Shown here one piece after another: positions 30,967 through 42,842 of a DNA stretch of 64,000 bases (its first letter is position 1; every line of letters starts with the position of its first letter). The translations under genes were made by a program, and so were the position numbers. The DNA comes from Vulcanimicrobiota bacterium. Lineage in GTDB: Bacteria; Vulcanimicrobiota; Vulcanimicrobiia; Vulcanimicrobiales; Vulcanimicrobiaceae. The stretch spans positions 1-64,000 of the forward strand of contig CAVRQT010000003.1 of NCBI GenBank assembly GCA_963723515.1, in the 5' to 3' direction. The notes under the pieces are model-generated. The model had not been told where the DNA came from, did not search any database, and worked only from the letters and a program-made list of their open reading frames with translations.

Positions 30967-31792
30967 ATGCAGATCGAACGCGGCGTTGTGCAAGCACGCG
31001 CCGCTGCCGCTTCGTTGCCGCATCCGCTCGGCTTCGTACCGACGATGGGCGCCTTACATGCCGGGTCATCTCGCGCTCGTTGCCGCCGCACGCCGCGATT
31101 GCGCGAGCGTCGCAGCGTCGATTTACGTCAACCGCCTCCAGTTCGGCGCGGGAGAAGATTTCGAGCGCTACCCTCGCGACCTGGAATCGGACGCAAAGCG
31201 CTTCCACGAAGCCGCCATCGACCTGCTCTTTGCTCCCGATGCGAGCGCGATGCTCCCCCGCGACTACTCGACCTTCATCGACGTGGGTGCCGTCGCTGTG
31301 GGCTTCGAGGGCGAGCGCCGGCCGGGACACTTTCGCGGGGTTGCCACCGTCGTAGCGAAGTTGCTCGAAATCATGCGCCCCGACGTTCTCTACGTGGGCC
31401 AAAAGGATGCGCAGCAGACCGCCGTCCTTCGCCGGATGGTTCGCGACTTGCAGTTTGGCATCGACGTCCGAATCGTCCCGACGGTCCGCGAGCCGGACGG
31501 CCTCGCGCTTTCCAGCCGCAACGCCTACCTCTCGCAAGAAGAAAGGCGCGCGGCGCCTTCGCTGCACGCGACGTTGCAGCAGGTGCGCGAGCTTATGGAA
31601 AGCGGCACAGATAAAGGAAGAGCGCTCGCACAGGCGACGCCAACGCTGAAATCGCCGGGACTGCTTGAGTACCTGGATATCGTCGACGCCGACTCATTTG
31701 AGCCCATTGCGACGCTTCGTTCACCGGCTTTCATCATTGCAGCGGCGCGTTTTGGCCGAACGCGCCTGTTGGACAACCTGTGGATCCATTAA
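30967..31792 (+). CDS. panC: Pantoate-beta-alanine ligase, frameshift ~31062
   Basis: FVPTMGALH.GH, RPGHFRGV, GQKDAQQ, DGLALSSRN, TRLLDN. Confidence 0.92.
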
Positions 31793-32994
31793 GCGGCGCT
31801 CGGATTCTCTTGGGAGTCGGCGGCGGGATAGCGGCCTACAAGGCCGCCGCCTTGGTGAGCACACTCGTGCAACGTGGCGCCATCGTCGATGTGATCATGA
31901 CGGCGGAAGCTGAGCGTTTCATCACGCCGCTGACATTTTCTTCACTGACCGCGCGTCCGGTCTACGCATCGTTATGGGATGCGCCCGAACGAATACCGCA
32001 CATCCGGCTCGTGCGCGAAGCGCAGATCTGTATCGTTGCGCCGGCGACCGCAAATCTGATCGCAAAGCTCGCAATGGGCATTGCCGATGATTTGCTGACG
32101 ACGGCGCTTTGCGCGGCGCGCATTCCAATTATCGTCGCGCCCTCGATGAACGCTGCGATGTACGAGCACCCGCAGACTTCAGCCAACATCGAGCTCTTGC
32201 GCGAGCGCGGCGCCGAGGTTGTCGAACCGGAACGCGGCTTCTTGGCCGAACGTGAGGTCGGCATCGGCCGGCTGGCGAGTGACGAGCAACTACTGGAAGC
32301 GCTTCGGCGCACGCTCCTGCGCGGCGAGGATCTGAAAGGCAAGCAGGTGCTCATCACCGCTGGACCGACCGTTGAAGCGCTCGATCCGGTCCGGCACTTT
32401 TCGAATCCGTCGACCGGAGCAATGGGGATTGCGCTGGCGCGTGAGGCGGCGCTGCGCGGCGCAGATGTGACGCTGATCCTGGGCCCGACGGCGCTTGGCG
32501 CACCTGCGAACGTTCGAACGGTGCACGTCAAGGAAGCGCGTGAAATGTACGAGGCTGCTATGCAGCACGCATCCTCCGCCGATTTGATCGTCGCGGCCGC
32601 GGCCATTTCAGACTGGCGTCCGGCACAGCGATTCGAGCAGAAAGTTCGCAAAGATTCAGAAGATCTGACGGTTCGCATGGTACGCAATCCCGACGTGCTT
32701 CAGGCCATCGGCGAGCGCAACGAGCGTGCCTTTCTCGTCGGCTTCGCCGCCGAGACGCACGCGCATCGCGAACACGCGCTCGAAAAGCTCCGCAAGAAAA
32801 ATCTGGATGCAATTGCCGTCAACGATGTCGCGGACGAGCGCGGCTTTGGCGTGCAAGAAAGCGCCCTGACGCTGATTTGGCGAGATGGAACGCAAACGGA
32901 CTTGGGCTCCGGTTCAAAGCAATCGCTTGCGGTGCGCATGCTCGATGCTCTGGGAGCAGGTCGGAAAAAGGTACGCGATGCTGCTCGCCATTGA
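31780..32994 (+). CDS. coaBC: Phosphopantothenoylcysteine decarboxylase/ligase
   Basis: GGIAAYKA, APATAN, PSMN, TAGPT.E.LDPVR, VGFAAET. Confidence 0.95.
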   Translation: MDPLSGARILLGVGGGIAAYKAAALVSTLVQRGAIVDVIMTAEAERFITPLTFSSLTARPVYASLWDAPERIPHIRLVREAQICIVAPATANLIAKLAMGIADDLLTTALCAARIPIIVAPSMNAAMYEHPQTSANIELLRERGAEVVEPERGFLAEREVGIGRLASDEQLLEALRRTLLRGEDLKGKQVLITAGPTVEALDPVRHFSNPSTGAMGIALAREAALRGADVTLILGPTALGAPANVRTVHVKEAREMYEAAMQHASSADLIVAAAAISDWRPAQRFEQKVRKDSEDLTVRMVRNPDVLQAIGERNERAFLVGFAAETHAHREHALEKLRKKNLDAIAVNDVADERGFGVQESALTLIWRDGTQTDLGSGSKQSLAVRMLDALGAGRKKVRDAARH

Positions 32995-33775
32995 CGCCGG
33001 TAACACCGAAACAAAGCTCGGCCTCTTTGCCGGCGACAAACGCGAGCTCTCGCAAATGTGGCGGGTCACGACGGAAGACCGCCGTACGGCCGATGAATTC
33101 GGCGTCTTTCTGACGCAGCTATTCGATACGCAACATCTGACGGGGAGCGATGTTGACGATGTCGTCATTGCAAGCGTCGTGCCGAAGCTCGACCCCGTTA
33201 TGTCGGATGCCTGCGAACGGTTTTTCGACGCGACGCCTTCGTTTCTGAAAGCGGAAGCTCAGACGTTGATGGATGTGCAAACGGAGCGTCCTGCGGAAGT
33301 GGGCGCGGATTTGGTCGCGGCCGCAATCGGCGCACGCGAACAGTACGGGCAACCGCTGATCGTCATTGCATTCGGAACCGCAACCGCGTTTGTCGCCGTG
33401 TCTGCCGAGGGCGCATACCTCGGCACCGCAATAGCGCCCGGCGTCGGTATCTCGGTGGATGCGCTCGTCGGCCGCGCTGCCAAATTGCCGCAGATCGCGC
33501 TCGACGCCCCGCCGCGCGCGATTGGCCGCGAGACGGTCACTTCGTTGCAATCCGGCATCATCTTCGGATTTGTCGGGCAAGTGGAAGCGCTGATCGATCG
33601 CATTCGCTCGGAAATCGGCGGAAGCCCACGCGTGATCGCGACGGGCGGACACGCCGACGTCATCGCGCGTCATACCAAGAAGATCGAGCTTACCGATGCG
33701 CACTTGAGTTTGATCGGCCTGCAACGCTTTCACACTTCGATCCGCTCAGCGCGAGGTCAGAGCCGCAAGCGATGA
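32978..33775 (+). CDS. coaX: Type III pantothenate kinase
   Basis: LLAIDAGNT, SVVP, VGAD, FGTAT, VIATGG. Confidence 0.92.
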   Translation: MLLAIDAGNTETKLGLFAGDKRELSQMWRVTTEDRRTADEFGVFLTQLFDTQHLTGSDVDDVVIASVVPKLDPVMSDACERFFDATPSFLKAEAQTLMDVQTERPAEVGADLVAAAIGAREQYGQPLIVIAFGTATAFVAVSAEGAYLGTAIAPGVGISVDALVGRAAKLPQIALDAPPRAIGRETVTSLQSGIIFGFVGQVEALIDRIRSEIGGSPRVIATGGHADVIARHTKKIELTDAHLSLIGLQRFHTSIRSARGQSRKR

Positions 33776-34113
33776 AAACGGAGAGCACTGCTAAGCTCGT
33801 GCGCATCTTTCTCGGCGAGTCGGATCGTTGGAAAGGCCAGCCGCTCTACGTCGCCATTGTTGAAGAGATGCGGCGCTTCGGTTTGAGCGGCGCGACGGCG
33901 TTCAAGGGTGTTATAGGATTCGGCGGACATTCGGTCGTTCACGCGGCGCGCATCTTAGATCTGTCGACGGATTTGCCGATTCTCATCGAAGTGGTTGATA
34001 CGGAGGAGAAGATCGACGCGTTCTTGCCGACGCTCGACGCGATGGTAACCGAAGGGCTTTTGACAATCGAAAACGTCAAAATCATCGCGTATCGCGCCGG
34101 TGTTCCAAAATGA
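33772..34113 (+). CDS. DUF190 (PII-like) protein
   Basis: RIFLGESD..G.PLY, GAT..G..GFG, LSTDLP; typical crcB neighbour. Confidence 0.88.
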   Translation: MKTESTAKLVRIFLGESDRWKGQPLYVAIVEEMRRFGLSGATAFKGVIGFGGHSVVHAARILDLSTDLPILIEVVDTEEKIDAFLPTLDAMVTEGLLTIENVKIIAYRAGVPK

Positions 34114-34505
34114 CCGGCTGGCCGATCATTCTCGCGATTGGCATCGGCGGCGGCCTCGGTTCAATACTGCGGTACGCCGTGAGTTTGCTGGTCTTTGAAC
34201 GCAGCGGTGCTGGGTTTCCGTGGAACACGCTGATTGTGAACGTTTCCGGCTCCTTCGTCATCGGCATCATCATGCAGCTCGCCCAGACGAAGACCGATTT
34301 CTCGCCGTTGCTGCGCGCGTTCATCGCCATCGGAATTCTTGGCGGGTATACGACATTTTCGACCTTCAGCTATGATGCGTTTGTGCTGGCATCGGAAGGA
34401 AGCCGCGCCGCTGCATTGTTGTACGCGGCGGGAAGCGTCGTCTTTGGGATCGGAGCGGCGTTTGCCGGGATTGCGCTGACGCGGATGGCGCTGCATGCTG
34501 TCTAA
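34110..34505 (+). CDS. crcB: Fluoride efflux channel Fluc
   Basis: GGGLGSILRY, FPWNTL.VN, GILGGYTTFSTF. Confidence 0.92.
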   Translation: MTGWPIILAIGIGGGLGSILRYAVSLLVFERSGAGFPWNTLIVNVSGSFVIGIIMQLAQTKTDFSPLLRAFIAIGILGGYTTFSTFSYDAFVLASEGSRAAALLYAAGSVVFGIGAAFAGIALTRMALHAV

Positions 34506-34532
34506 AGCAGGCGTGGTATAATGTCTGCCGCT

Positions 34533-35537
34533 ATGTCGCCGGCCGTCTCGCCGCTCGTCATCGGCCCGCACCGTATTTGGCCGCCCGTTATCTTGGCGCC
34601 AATGTCCGGTGTGACAAATCGTACGATGCGCGCACTCTACAGACCGTTTGGTCTTGGTCTGACCGTGACCGAATTCGTCTCGTCGTGCGCATTGCAATAC
34701 GGCAACCGCCGCACGATGGAGATGATCGATCAGCACGGTCTGGAGAAGCCCGTTTCGACCCAGCTCTGGGGCGACGATCCGGCCGTGATGGCGCATGCGG
34801 CCAAAGTGGTGCGCGAGTGCGGCGCCGACATCGTCGACATCAACTTCGGCTGTCCGGCACCCAAAGTGACGAAGACCCAGGGCGGAAGCGCCTGCCTCAA
34901 AGATGTCGACCGGTGCGAGGCCATCATGCGCGCCGTTGTCGACGCGGTCGATTGCCCGGTGACGATGAAGATGCGTCTTGGCTGGAGCGAAGAGCAGCTC
35001 GTCTATATTGAGGTTGCAAAACGCGCGCAGCAGAGCGGCGTGAAAGCGGTTACGCTGCACGCCCGCACGGCACGCCAATTTTATAAGGGCAGCGCCGATT
35101 GGGAGCACATCGCGCGGTTGAAGCGCGCCGTCGACATTCCGGTGATCGGCAACGGCGATCTCGACGATCCCTATCTCGCAGTCGAGCGAATGCGGCAGAG
35201 CGGCGTCGATGGCATCATGCTGGGCCGGGCGACACTCGGCAATCCATGGTTGATCTCGCAGATCGTCGACCTGCTTGAAGGGCGCGATGCGCGCGCGGTG
35301 CCGTCGCACGCTGATCGGCTCGCGTACGCGACGGTCCACTATCGAGCGATGGTCGATGAATGGGGGGAGCCACGCGCAGTGCTGCAGATGCGCAAGCATC
35401 TGGCGCTCTATCTTAAAGGAATTCCGAATGCGGCGGTGCTGCGCGAGCGGATCATGCGGATCGGCGGCGCAGCCGAAGCGCTGGCATTACTGAACGCAAC
35501 GATCGAAGCGCTGCGCTGCGAGCCGCTCGCGGCGTGA
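34533..35537 (+). CDS. dusB: tRNA-dihydrouridine synthase B
   Basis: LAPMSG, DINFGCP, TLHART, IGNGD. Confidence 0.92.
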   Translation: MSPAVSPLVIGPHRIWPPVILAPMSGVTNRTMRALYRPFGLGLTVTEFVSSCALQYGNRRTMEMIDQHGLEKPVSTQLWGDDPAVMAHAAKVVRECGADIVDINFGCPAPKVTKTQGGSACLKDVDRCEAIMRAVVDAVDCPVTMKMRLGWSEEQLVYIEVAKRAQQSGVKAVTLHARTARQFYKGSADWEHIARLKRAVDIPVIGNGDLDDPYLAVERMRQSGVDGIMLGRATLGNPWLISQIVDLLEGRDARAVPSHADRLAYATVHYRAMVDEWGEPRAVLQMRKHLALYLKGIPNAAVLRERIMRIGGAAEALALLNATIEALRCEPLAA

Positions 35538-36810
35538 TTTCACACGACGTCGCGGCGAAGTCCGCAGACGACCTGTACGCGGAAGTGTACGAGGACTACC
35601 GGCGCTACGTGAATCCGCCGCTGGCGCGCGTGATGAAAGTCTCCGGATCGCCGGTTGAAGTTCGTGCCCAAGGAGCGACGATCTACGACCACAAGGGCAA
35701 AGCGTATTTGGATTTTGCGGGCGGATACGGTGTTTTCACGCTTGGCCACCGGCATCCGAAAGTCGTCGCCGCGGTTAAGGAGCAACTCGATCTGATGGCG
35801 CTCTCAGGCAAGACGATGTTCAACGCGGTGCTCGGCCGCGCCGCGCGCAAACTCGCCGAGTGCACGCCGGGCGATCTCCGAATTTCGTTCTTCTGCAACA
35901 GCGGTGCCGAAGCGGTCGAAGGCGCGATCAAACTGGCACGGGCGGCCACGAAACGTCACAAAGTCGTCGCAACGCAGAATGCGTTCCATGGCAAGACGCT
36001 TGGGGCGCTCAGCGCGAGCGGGCGCGAATACTTTCAGGAACAGTATCGTCCGCTGCTTGCGGATATCGAACATGTTCCGTACGGTGATCCCTCGGTCTTA
36101 AAAGGAGCGCTGCGTGACGCAGCGGCCTTCGTCGTCGAACCGGTGCAAGGCGAAGGCGGCGTGATCGTTCCGCCTGCCGGCTACTTGCGCGCCGTTCGTG
36201 AAGCATGCGATGCATCCGGGCGCGCTCTTCATCGCGGATGAAGTGCAGACCGGCCTTGGCCGCCTCGGGATGTGGTTCGGATGTGACCGCGACGGCGTGG
36301 TGCCTGACGTCATGACACTCGCGAAGGGACTCTCGGGCGGCGTCATGCCGGTTGGCGCCTACATCGCCCGTCTCGATTGTTGGAACGCCGCCTACGCCAA
36401 AGCGCCGCTCATGCATACTTCAACATTCGGCGGAAGCGAAATTGCATGCGCCGCCGTCATCGCCGCGCTCGAGGTATTGGAAGAAGACGGTCTTGTTGAA
36501 AATGCGCGACGAGCGCGGCACGCAGCTGCTTGCCGGGGCGCAAGAGCTTGCAGCAGAGTTTCCTGCCGTTGTCGGCGATGTCCGCGGTGTTGGTCTGCTG
36601 GTCGGCGTCGAATTGACGAATGAAGGGTACGGCGGCTGGATCATTCCGGAGATGCTCAAAGCCGGTGTGACGGCGGCATGGACGCTGAACCTGCAGCGCG
36701 TCATTCGGCTGGAACCGCCGCTGATCGTCACATCAAGGGAGGTGGAATGCGCGCTGGCGGCATTGCGCACCGGTCTGCAAACGGCTTATATGAAATTCGG
36801 CGCGCTCTAA
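35534..36810 (+). CDS. Class III aminotransferase (putrescine/acetylornithine-like), frameshifts ~36218 and ~36500
   Basis: NSGAEAVEGA, FHGKT, EPVQGEGG, DEVQTG, TLAKGLSGG. Confidence 0.9.
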
Positions 36811-36823
36811 AGTCGCCTGCTCG

Positions 36824-37270
36824 ATGCCGTACGTTGAAACGTCGATTGAAGTCGCGGCTGCCGCCAACGCCGTGTACGAGCTTGCTAAGGAGCAAGAACG
36901 ATTTCCCGAGTTCATGCCGGACGTCGAATCGGTCGAAGTACTCGAGCGGCATCCGGATCGGGTCATCACGCGTTGGAAGACTCTGGTCGAGGAAGCGCCG
37001 ATCGAGTGGACAGAAGAAGATCGCTTCGACGATGAAGCTCCGCGAATCGACTACAAACTGCTCGAAGGCGATCTCGACAAGTTCGAGGGTTCATGGACCT
37101 TCGCGGAGCGCGACGGCAAGACACACGTGGTGCTTGGCGTCGATTATGATTTCGGCGTTCCGACGCTCGCCGAGTTGATCGGTCCCACGCTACAGCGCAA
37201 AGTGCAAGAAAATAGCGAGATGATGCTCCGCGCACTCAAGGATGAGGCCGAGAAGAATAATGGCGTATGA
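36824..37270 (+). CDS. SRPBCC/START (polyketide cyclase-like) lipid-binding protein
   Basis: E.FPEFMPDV..V.V, GDLDKFEGSW. Confidence 0.85.
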   Translation: MPYVETSIEVAAAANAVYELAKEQERFPEFMPDVESVEVLERHPDRVITRWKTLVEEAPIEWTEEDRFDDEAPRIDYKLLEGDLDKFEGSWTFAERDGKTHVVLGVDYDFGVPTLAELIGPTLQRKVQENSEMMLRALKDEAEKNNGV

Positions 37271-37300
37271 TTGTGCCAGTGTGATACTGTGCTCAACACC

Positions 37301-38426
37301 ATGACGGTCAACACGAGCAAATTTTGTTTTGTGATTCATCCGCTTTCGCTCGAAGACGTGGAACGGTATGAACCTGGGGCCAAGGGCAAAGGGACGCCGA
37401 TCATCCGCAAGATCCTCGAGTGGATGCCGGCGTATGCCGCGGTGCACGTGACCGGCGTGCGAACGCCCGACGGACGGGAAACGGAAGGATGGTTCGTGGC
37501 CGCTCCGCTGATGCCGGAGCAGATGTTGGATTTTCCACGTGAAGAGGTCTACGACCGAATCGTTCGCGCGATCAAAGTCGGTGCCGAGCTCGGCGCCAAC
37601 GTTGCCGGGTTGGGCGCGTTCACGGGGGTCGTGGGCGACGCCGGCATCACGATCAACGAGCGATCGCCGATTCCGGTAACGACCGGCAACTCGCTGACGA
37701 TCGCTGCGGGACTGCGCTCGCTCTTTCGCGGTGCGCAAGAGATGAGCATCAACGCAAAGGAGGCGACTGCAGTCGTCGTCGGCGCGACCGGTTCTATCGG
37801 CTCCGCATGCGTCCGTTTGATTGCGCCGCAAGTTAAGCGGGTCATCATGGTGGCGAGAAATGCAACGCGGCTACGCAAATTCTATGAATCGATCAAGGAT
37901 CAACTGCCGTGCGAATCATCGTATTCAGTCGACTTATCGGCGTCGGTACGCCAAGCGCAGCTGATCCTGACCGCGACCAGCTCAACCCAAGACGTCATCG
38001 AGCCCTAGCGATTTGCAAACCGGTGCCGTTGTCTGCGAATTATCGCTGCCGCACGATGTGAGCCGGCGCGTTGCGGAAGAGCGTCCCGACGTACTCGTCA
38101 TCGAGGGCGGCAACATGATGGTTCCCGGCAATCCGCGATTCCAACGTGTGCGCGAGCCCGGGACCGAATTCGACTTGAATCTGCCGCCGAGAACTGCATT
38201 GGCGTGCATGTCTGAAACGATGGTTTTGGCGCTCGAAAATCGGTGCGAGCCGTTCACGCTGGGACGCGGCATCGACGTGAACCGCGTGATCGAGATCGAC
38301 CGCATGGCGGTAGAGTGCGGCTTCACGTTGGCTGATATGCGCGCATTCGATGCGGCGATCACGCCGGAGATGCTCGAGCAGACGCGCAACGCGGCTGCGG
38401 CTCGCAAAGCACAGGTGCCGGCGTGA
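37301..38426 (+). CDS. Acyl-ACP reductase-like dehydrogenase, frameshift ~38008
   Basis: FVIHP, GLGAFT, VTTGNSLT, VVGATGSIG, ACMSE (catalytic Cys position), FTLGR. Confidence 0.75.
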
Positions 38427-38472
38427 ACGTTTGGGGGCCCGCCCGCGCAGCTTTGAGCGCAGCGCCTTCCAG

Positions 38473-39394
38473 ATGAAAAAAGTTGTTTCCGTTTCGCTCG
38501 GCTCGAAGTCACGCGACCACCGTGCGGAAGTCGAACTGCTCGGCGAGCGCTTTGACATTTCACGCGTCGGCACCGACGGCAAGCTCGAAGTCGCGATCGA
38601 GACCCTGCACGAGCTTGACGGTCATGTGGACGCGATCGGTCTTGGCGGGATCGATGTCTATTTGTACGCTGGAAGCAGGCGGTACGCGTTGCGGGATGGA
38701 TTACGGCTGCTTCAAGCCGCCAAGCAGACGCCGGTCGTCGACGGCAGCGGTTTGAAGAACACGCTGGAACGCGAAGCCGTCGCCTTCTTGCAGAGCGATC
38801 TCGGCGTCGATCTGCGGGGACGCAAAGTGCTGATGGTCAGCGCGCTCGACCGCTTTGGAATGGCGCAAGCGCTGGTTGATGCTGGCGCCGACGTCTTATT
38901 CGGCGACTTCATCTTCGCTCTCGATCTCGACAAGCCGGTTCGCGGGCTCGCCGACTTTGAAGCGTTAGCCGAACGCTATCTGCCCGATGCCTGCAAGTTG
39001 CCGTTTCAGTTTTTCTATCCGACCGGCGCAAAACAAGACCGGCCGCCGCAACCGAAATATCCGCAATACTATGAAGAAGCAGACATCATCGCCGGCGACT
39101 TCCATTTCATGCGACAGTTCATGCCGGCTCGGCTCGAAGGCAAACTCGTTCTGACGAACACCGTGACGCAAATCGGATGTTGAAGAATTGCGTGAACGCG
39201 GCGTTCGCACGCTCGTGACGACCACCCCGGATTTTGCGGGGCGCTCTTTCGGCACGAATGTCATCGAAGCAGCGCTGCTCGCGCTGCTTGGCAAGAAGTG
39301 GGAAGAGGTGACGGCGGACGATTACGAGCGCCTGCTGCGCGAGCTCGATTTGCGTCCGCGCGTCGTCCCATTAGCGGCTCCTTCGACAAGCTAA
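38473..39394 (+). CDS. Conserved uncharacterised protein (often auto-annotated quinate 5-dehydrogenase), frameshift ~39175
   Basis: VVSVSLGS..RD, RVGTDG, AIGLGGID, PVVDGSGLKNTLER, GRSFGTNVIEA. Confidence 0.7.
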
Positions 39395-39449
39395 AAGGAC
39401 AGGCACAATAGCTGAGAGGCTGCTGGTCCCTGGGCGGCATCTGCCGCGC

Positions 39450-40841
39450 GTGCTCGGATTTTTCGATGTCTCGGTACTCTCGTCGGCGTCGATGGGGCCT
39501 GCCTACAGTCTCGCATCGACGATGGGGCCGATGGTCGCTGCCGCCGGGTTTTTTGCGCCACGGCGTTGCTCGCCCTCGTTGCGATCATGCTCTGCATCGC
39601 GGTTGGCTTCTCACGTCTTTCGCTTCATTATCCGAACGCCGGCTCATCATACTCGTGGATCGAGATGGCGTTCGGCGCGGCTCGGTTCGTACGGCGCTTG
39701 GCTCTTGCTGCTTTCCAATTTTTTCGCCACGATGGCGATGTTCGATTCCCGCGGGAATCTATACGCTCGATCTCTGAATCCAGGCCGCGCGCAGAGTCCG
39801 CTATGGGATGCGGCAGTCGGCGGCGTATGGATTCTCGGAAGCGCGATTTTGCTTTATGCCGGCGTGCGTCCGACGGTCCTCGTCACGGCCGCGCTCCTGA
39901 TGTTCGAGTTGCTCGTGTTAGCCGCGAGCGCGGTTGCCGCTGCGCTCCATCCAAGCGCGGCAGTCGCACGTCCCGCAGCCGATTTCTTCGGCGCCGATCG
40001 CGCTGACCGCGTTCGGCTTCCTGAGCGCGATGACGCTCGGGATTTGGATGAGCGACGGCTGGGAAGTCTCGGCGTCCACATCCGAAGAGGTCCGCGGTCA
40101 GCAGTCGCAATCCGGCCGCGGCGGCATAACGGGATTGGTCGTGACGAGCATCATCTTGCTCGGATGCATGGTCGCCTATCTGCATATCGGCGGCGCCGCC
40201 GGTTTCAGCGAGCATGCCGACGATTCGATGGCCTACGTCGCGACACGCTTGGCTGGAAACTTCTGGCGCATGATCATCATCGTGACGGTGTTGGTCTCAA
40301 CGTGCACCGCGCTGTGGACGACGCTGCTCTATCTCTCGCGCAGCGTCTTCGCCATGGGCCGCAACGCCACGCTGCCGCATTTCTTTGGAACGCTGGATCG
40401 GCGTTCCGAGCCGTTTTGGTCGCTGCTGCGGCATCGCCGTGCTCGTAACGGTGTGCGAGCTGCTGGTCGGACTTTCGCCGACCGCGAATCGGGCGTTGAC
40501 GCTCGTCTTGAACGCGTCGTCCGTTTTCTTAGGACTACTGTTTTGCGGGAGTGCCGCAGCCAGCATGCGGCTGTTTTGGCGGCAGCGCACCGAGCGGCTC
40601 GCCGGCGTCATCGTGCCCGGTCGTTGGTCTTGTGGCGCTGTGCATCGTGCTGGGAGCGACGATCCGTTTCGAGGATCCGACCTTGCGCATGTACGCGATC
40701 GGCGGTATCTTGCTCGGCATTCCATTCGCATTGCTCGTGCGCAACGGCGAGCCGGCAGGCAGCGCCGCTGGGTATACGGAACCAACCGCCCTTGGCGCCT
40801 TAGAGGCGCCATTACTTGTGGATAGCCGAGGTTCTATTTGA
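39450..40841 (+). CDS. APC family amino acid/polyamine permease, multiple frameshifts
   Basis: SMGPAYS, YPNAGSSYSW, DGWEVSASTSEE, SRSVFAMGR..TLP across frames. Confidence 0.75.
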
Positions 40842-41348
40842 ACGAGAAAGAGATCGTCTTGACCGCCGATGGTCTGACGAAGCTCGAGCAGGAGCTCGAC
40901 GAGCTGAAAACCGTCCACCGCAGAGAGGTCAACGACCGGATCCGGCAAGCCAAAGAGTTCGGCGACATTACCGAAAATGCGGAGTACGAGAACGCGAAAC
41001 AGGAGCAGGCGTTCGTCGAGGGCCGCATCATGAGGCTCGAGCAGATGATTCGCAACGCGCACATCATCGACGAGTCGGAGTACTCCTCGAGCGAAGTGCA
41101 TCTCGGTTCGACCGTCAAGGTGAGGGATCGTCGCAGGCGGCGAAGCCCGCGAATTCACGATCGTCGGCTCGGCCGAATCCGATCCGCCGAATCGCCGGCT
41201 TTCGAATGAATCGCCACTCGGGCGCGCGTTGCTCGGCCGAAAGAAAGGCGAGACCGTTGACGTCAATACGCCCCGCGGCATCAGCCAATACAAGATTGAA
41301 ACGATCCGCACGCGCGTTCCAAAGAAGGCTGCAAAGAAGGCCTCCTAA
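40838..41348 (+). CDS. greA: Transcription elongation factor GreA, frameshift ~41125
   Basis: GDITENAEYENAK, ESPLGRALLG. Confidence 0.92.
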
Positions 41349-41378
41349 TCCGTAAGCCACGCTTGCGCGTCTCGCGCG

Positions 41379-42838
41379 ATGCATAAGAGCGAAGCGGCAC
41401 TCATAGCGGCCAGACGCACAAATCTGGCCGCTTTGCGTTCCCGAGGGCGCGATCCGTTCGCGCAGACGCGCTACGACGTCAATGCGCGCGCCGCCGACAT
41501 TCGCGAACGATGGGACGAGGGAACGCGCTACCGGTTAGCGGGCCGCGTCATGTCGAAACGCGGCACCGGCAAGACGCTCTTCGTCGATCTGCACGATCGC
41601 AGCGGCCGCATACAGCTCTACATTCGCAAAGACGAACTCGGCTGACGATCTCTTTGCGGATTGGGAGGATCTCGATCGCGGCGACTTCGTCGGCGTCGAC
41701 GGTTACATGTTTCGCACGCAAGAAGGGCGAGCCGACGTTGCACGTCGAGCGTTTTACCGTTCTCGGCAAAGCCTTCGCGCCGCTGCCGGACAAGTGGCAC
41801 GGTCTCGTCGACATCGAGAAGCGCTACCGCCAACGGTACGTCGACCTGATCGTCAATCCCGAGGTGCGCGACGTCTTCATCGCGCGCAGCCGCATCATCG
41901 GCGAAATCCGCCGCTTCTACGACGACCATGGCTTTCTCGAAGTCGAGACGCCGACGCTCTTGCATCTGGCCGGAGGTGCGGCGGCACGTCCCTTTGAGAC
42001 GCACTGCAAAGCGCTCGATCAGACGATGCAATTGCGGATCGCGACGGAGTTGAATTTGAAGCGTCTGATCGTCGGTGGCCTCGAGCGCGTCTACGAGATC
42101 GGCCACATCTTTCGCAACGAAGGCATCGATCGAACGCACAACCCCGAATTCACGATGCTCGAAGCCTACTGCGCGTACTGGTCGCTCGAAGAAATGCGCG
42201 AATTCGACGAAGCGCTCTACGCGCATCTCGTCTCGTTCGTAACCAACGGCAAGGACGAGCTCGAAGTCGGGGATCAGCGAATCTCCTTCCGCCGGCCGTT
42301 CGCGCGCCTGGCATACTTCGATGCGATGCAGCAGTTTGGTGGCTTGCGCCGAGAGCAGTTGCTCGATCCGCGCGGCGCGGCGAAAATCTTAGAAGACTTA
42401 GGATTATCCGAGTCGCCGTCGCATGGCCACGCGCTCGATAAGATCTTCGAGAAGATCGTCGAGCCGCATCTGGTTGCACCGACATTCGTCACCGATCAGC
42501 CGGCCGTGATCTCGCCGCTGGCAAAACGGCAACCTGCCGATGCGGACCTGGTCGAACGCTACGAGCTCTTCATCAAGAACATGGAGATCTCGAACGCCTT
42601 CTCGGAGTTGAACGATCCCGAAGATCAGCGCGCTCGCTTTGAAGCGCAGGCGCAGCAGCGCGCCGGCGGCGATGAAGAGATTCCCGAGCCGGATTGGGAT
42701 TACGTGCATGCGCTCGAATACGGCATGCCGCCGACGGCGGGCATTGGTATCGGAATCGATCGCCTCGTGATGCTGCTGACGGACAGCGCCTCGATCCGCG
42801 ATGTGATCCTCTTCCCGCTGCAGCGCCAGCACGGGTAA
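41379..42838 (+). CDS. lysS: Lysyl-tRNA synthetase class II, frameshifts ~41642 and ~41716
   Basis: PLPDKWHGL, YRQRYVDL, FRNEGID..HNPEFT, GMPPTAG.GIGIDRL. Confidence 0.95.
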
Positions 42839-42842
42839 CCAA

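Noticed and set aside
33700..34110. Fluoride riboswitch for crcB
   Set aside because: coaX, DUF190 and crcB overlap with no intergenic space, and no consensus was seen.
34161..35399. Long antisense ORFs (here and elsewhere)
   Set aside because: Shadow ORFs expected in GC-rich DNA opposite well-supported genes.
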